From an uncultured virus (IMG/VR IMGVR_UViG_3300049828_000286) (lineage: Duplodnaviria > Heunggongvirae > Uroviricota > Caudoviricetes), in the IMG/VR virus record IMGVR_UViG_3300049828_000286: a stretch of DNA of 64,000 nucleotides; one strand, written 5' to 3'. Under the pieces are notes generated by a model, which saw nothing but the letters and a program-made list of their open reading frames with translations, searched no databases and had not been told where the DNA came from. Shown here piece after piece: positions 63,392 through 64,000 of this stretch (position 1 is its first letter; every line of letters begins with the position of its first letter). Both the position numbers and the translations under genes were made by a program.

Positions 63392-63415
63392 CATCAGATC
63401 GGCACACTGTGCCGG
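63392..63415 (-). repeat. Dispersed element, copy 5 (degenerate tail)
   Basis: The - strand reads CCGGCACAGTGTGCCGATCTGATG directly after TAA. Confidence 0.75.
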
Positions 63416-63793
63416 TTAGTAGAGGTATCCGTGATACTCCTCGTCAGCGATGGTATGACCGTTATCCCTGGCCCACTGCTTTGCCGCAGAGATGCCAGCA
63501 TCCTTGTAGGCATTGTTCCACTCTGCGCCGTCCGAGGAAATCAACGCACGGTCGTTCTGGTAGCTGCCACTGGTTACCTCGATGTCAACTAACTCGCCGA
63601 CTGTAGCCGCCATGGCATCCAGCTTAGCCCTCACATCAGCAGGTATACCGGTATCGACCCAAGCACCCTCACGACCCTTACGGCCTGGTGTTTTGTTGTC
63701 AGTGATCCACGCGTAGTGGCCCTCATTGACCAGGGACACGATCTCATCACCCTGGCCACGTAGCACAACCATGTGTAGCTTCATTCTGCGCAT
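63416..63793 (-). CDS. Hypothetical protein
   Basis: 125-aa ORF. Confidence 0.6.
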   Translation of the reverse strand: MRRMKLHMVVLRGQGDEIVSLVNEGHYAWITDNKTPGRKGREGAWVDTGIPADVRAKLDAMAATVGELVDIEVTSGSYQNDRALISSDGAEWNNAYKDAGISAAKQWARDNGHTIADEEYHGYLY

Positions 63794-63796
63794 CTC

Positions 63797-63988
63797 CTAG
63801 ACGGGCTTCTTCAGCTTGACGCCGGCCTTGTTGAGCGCGTGACCAACAGCTTTCCGCTGGGCCGGATTCAACTTCACGAACAGCCGCTTCACAGCGACCA
63901 ATCGTCCAACAGCCTTGTCTGGATTGTCCCCAGCACTCAGCTCAGACATGCCAGACACAAACAGGTCAGGGCGGTCCACTGGGTACAT
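63797..63988 (-). CDS. Hypothetical protein (possibly 5' truncated)
   Basis: ORF at the window edge. Confidence 0.45.
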   Translation of the reverse strand: MYPVDRPDLFVSGMSELSAGDNPDKAVGRLVAVKRLFVKLNPAQRKAVGHALNKAGVKLKKPV

Positions 63989-64000
63989 CTTGACAGTGGT

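Noticed and set aside
2677..63415. Dispersed element as a CRISPR repeat or insertion-sequence end
   Set aside because: Copies are kilobases apart, with no spacer array, transposase or target duplications. The Cas4-like nuclease sits in a recombination context.
1..64000. tRNA genes, integrase/att site, diversity-generating retroelement, introns or inteins
   Set aside because: No cloverleaf with a T-loop consensus, recombinase, reverse transcriptase motif or interrupted core gene was seen by eye. tRNAscan/Infernal would be needed to exclude RNAs fully.

Overview
The window is part of a tailed dsDNA phage genome, most likely a long-tailed siphovirus. The + strand arm (1-27730) carries scaffold, N4-gp56-type major capsid, head-tail, tail tube, tail chaperone with a -1 frameshift, a 2415-aa tape measure, LamG/FN3 tail proteins, endonuclease VII, nucleotide-metabolism genes and lysis genes. 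It converges at a hairpin near 27760 with a - strand arm (27796-64000). That arm encodes a nucleotidyltransferase, ThyX, primase-helicase, SF2 helicase, SSB-like and Cas4-like proteins, DNA ligase, RNA ligase, Ku, a MoxR/vWA pair, a phosphoesterase, a P-loop kinase and many small unknown genes. No terminase, portal, DNA polymerase, integrase, tRNA or CRISPR array is visible here. The most unusual signals are: (1) about 18 small, otherwise divergent proteins scattered between core early genes that share an N-terminal [K/R]xx-hydrophobic-AxxLxG helix tag; (2) a 23-25 bp element (palindrome GGCACA-S-TGTGCC plus tail AGTCTGACA) found five times, always co-oriented with transcription at gene ends; (3) short direct repeats of gene-junction sequence flanking single-gene cassettes; (4) a second candidate -1 frameshift extending a secreted protein. 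All product calls come from motif recognition by eye, and no database searches were run.
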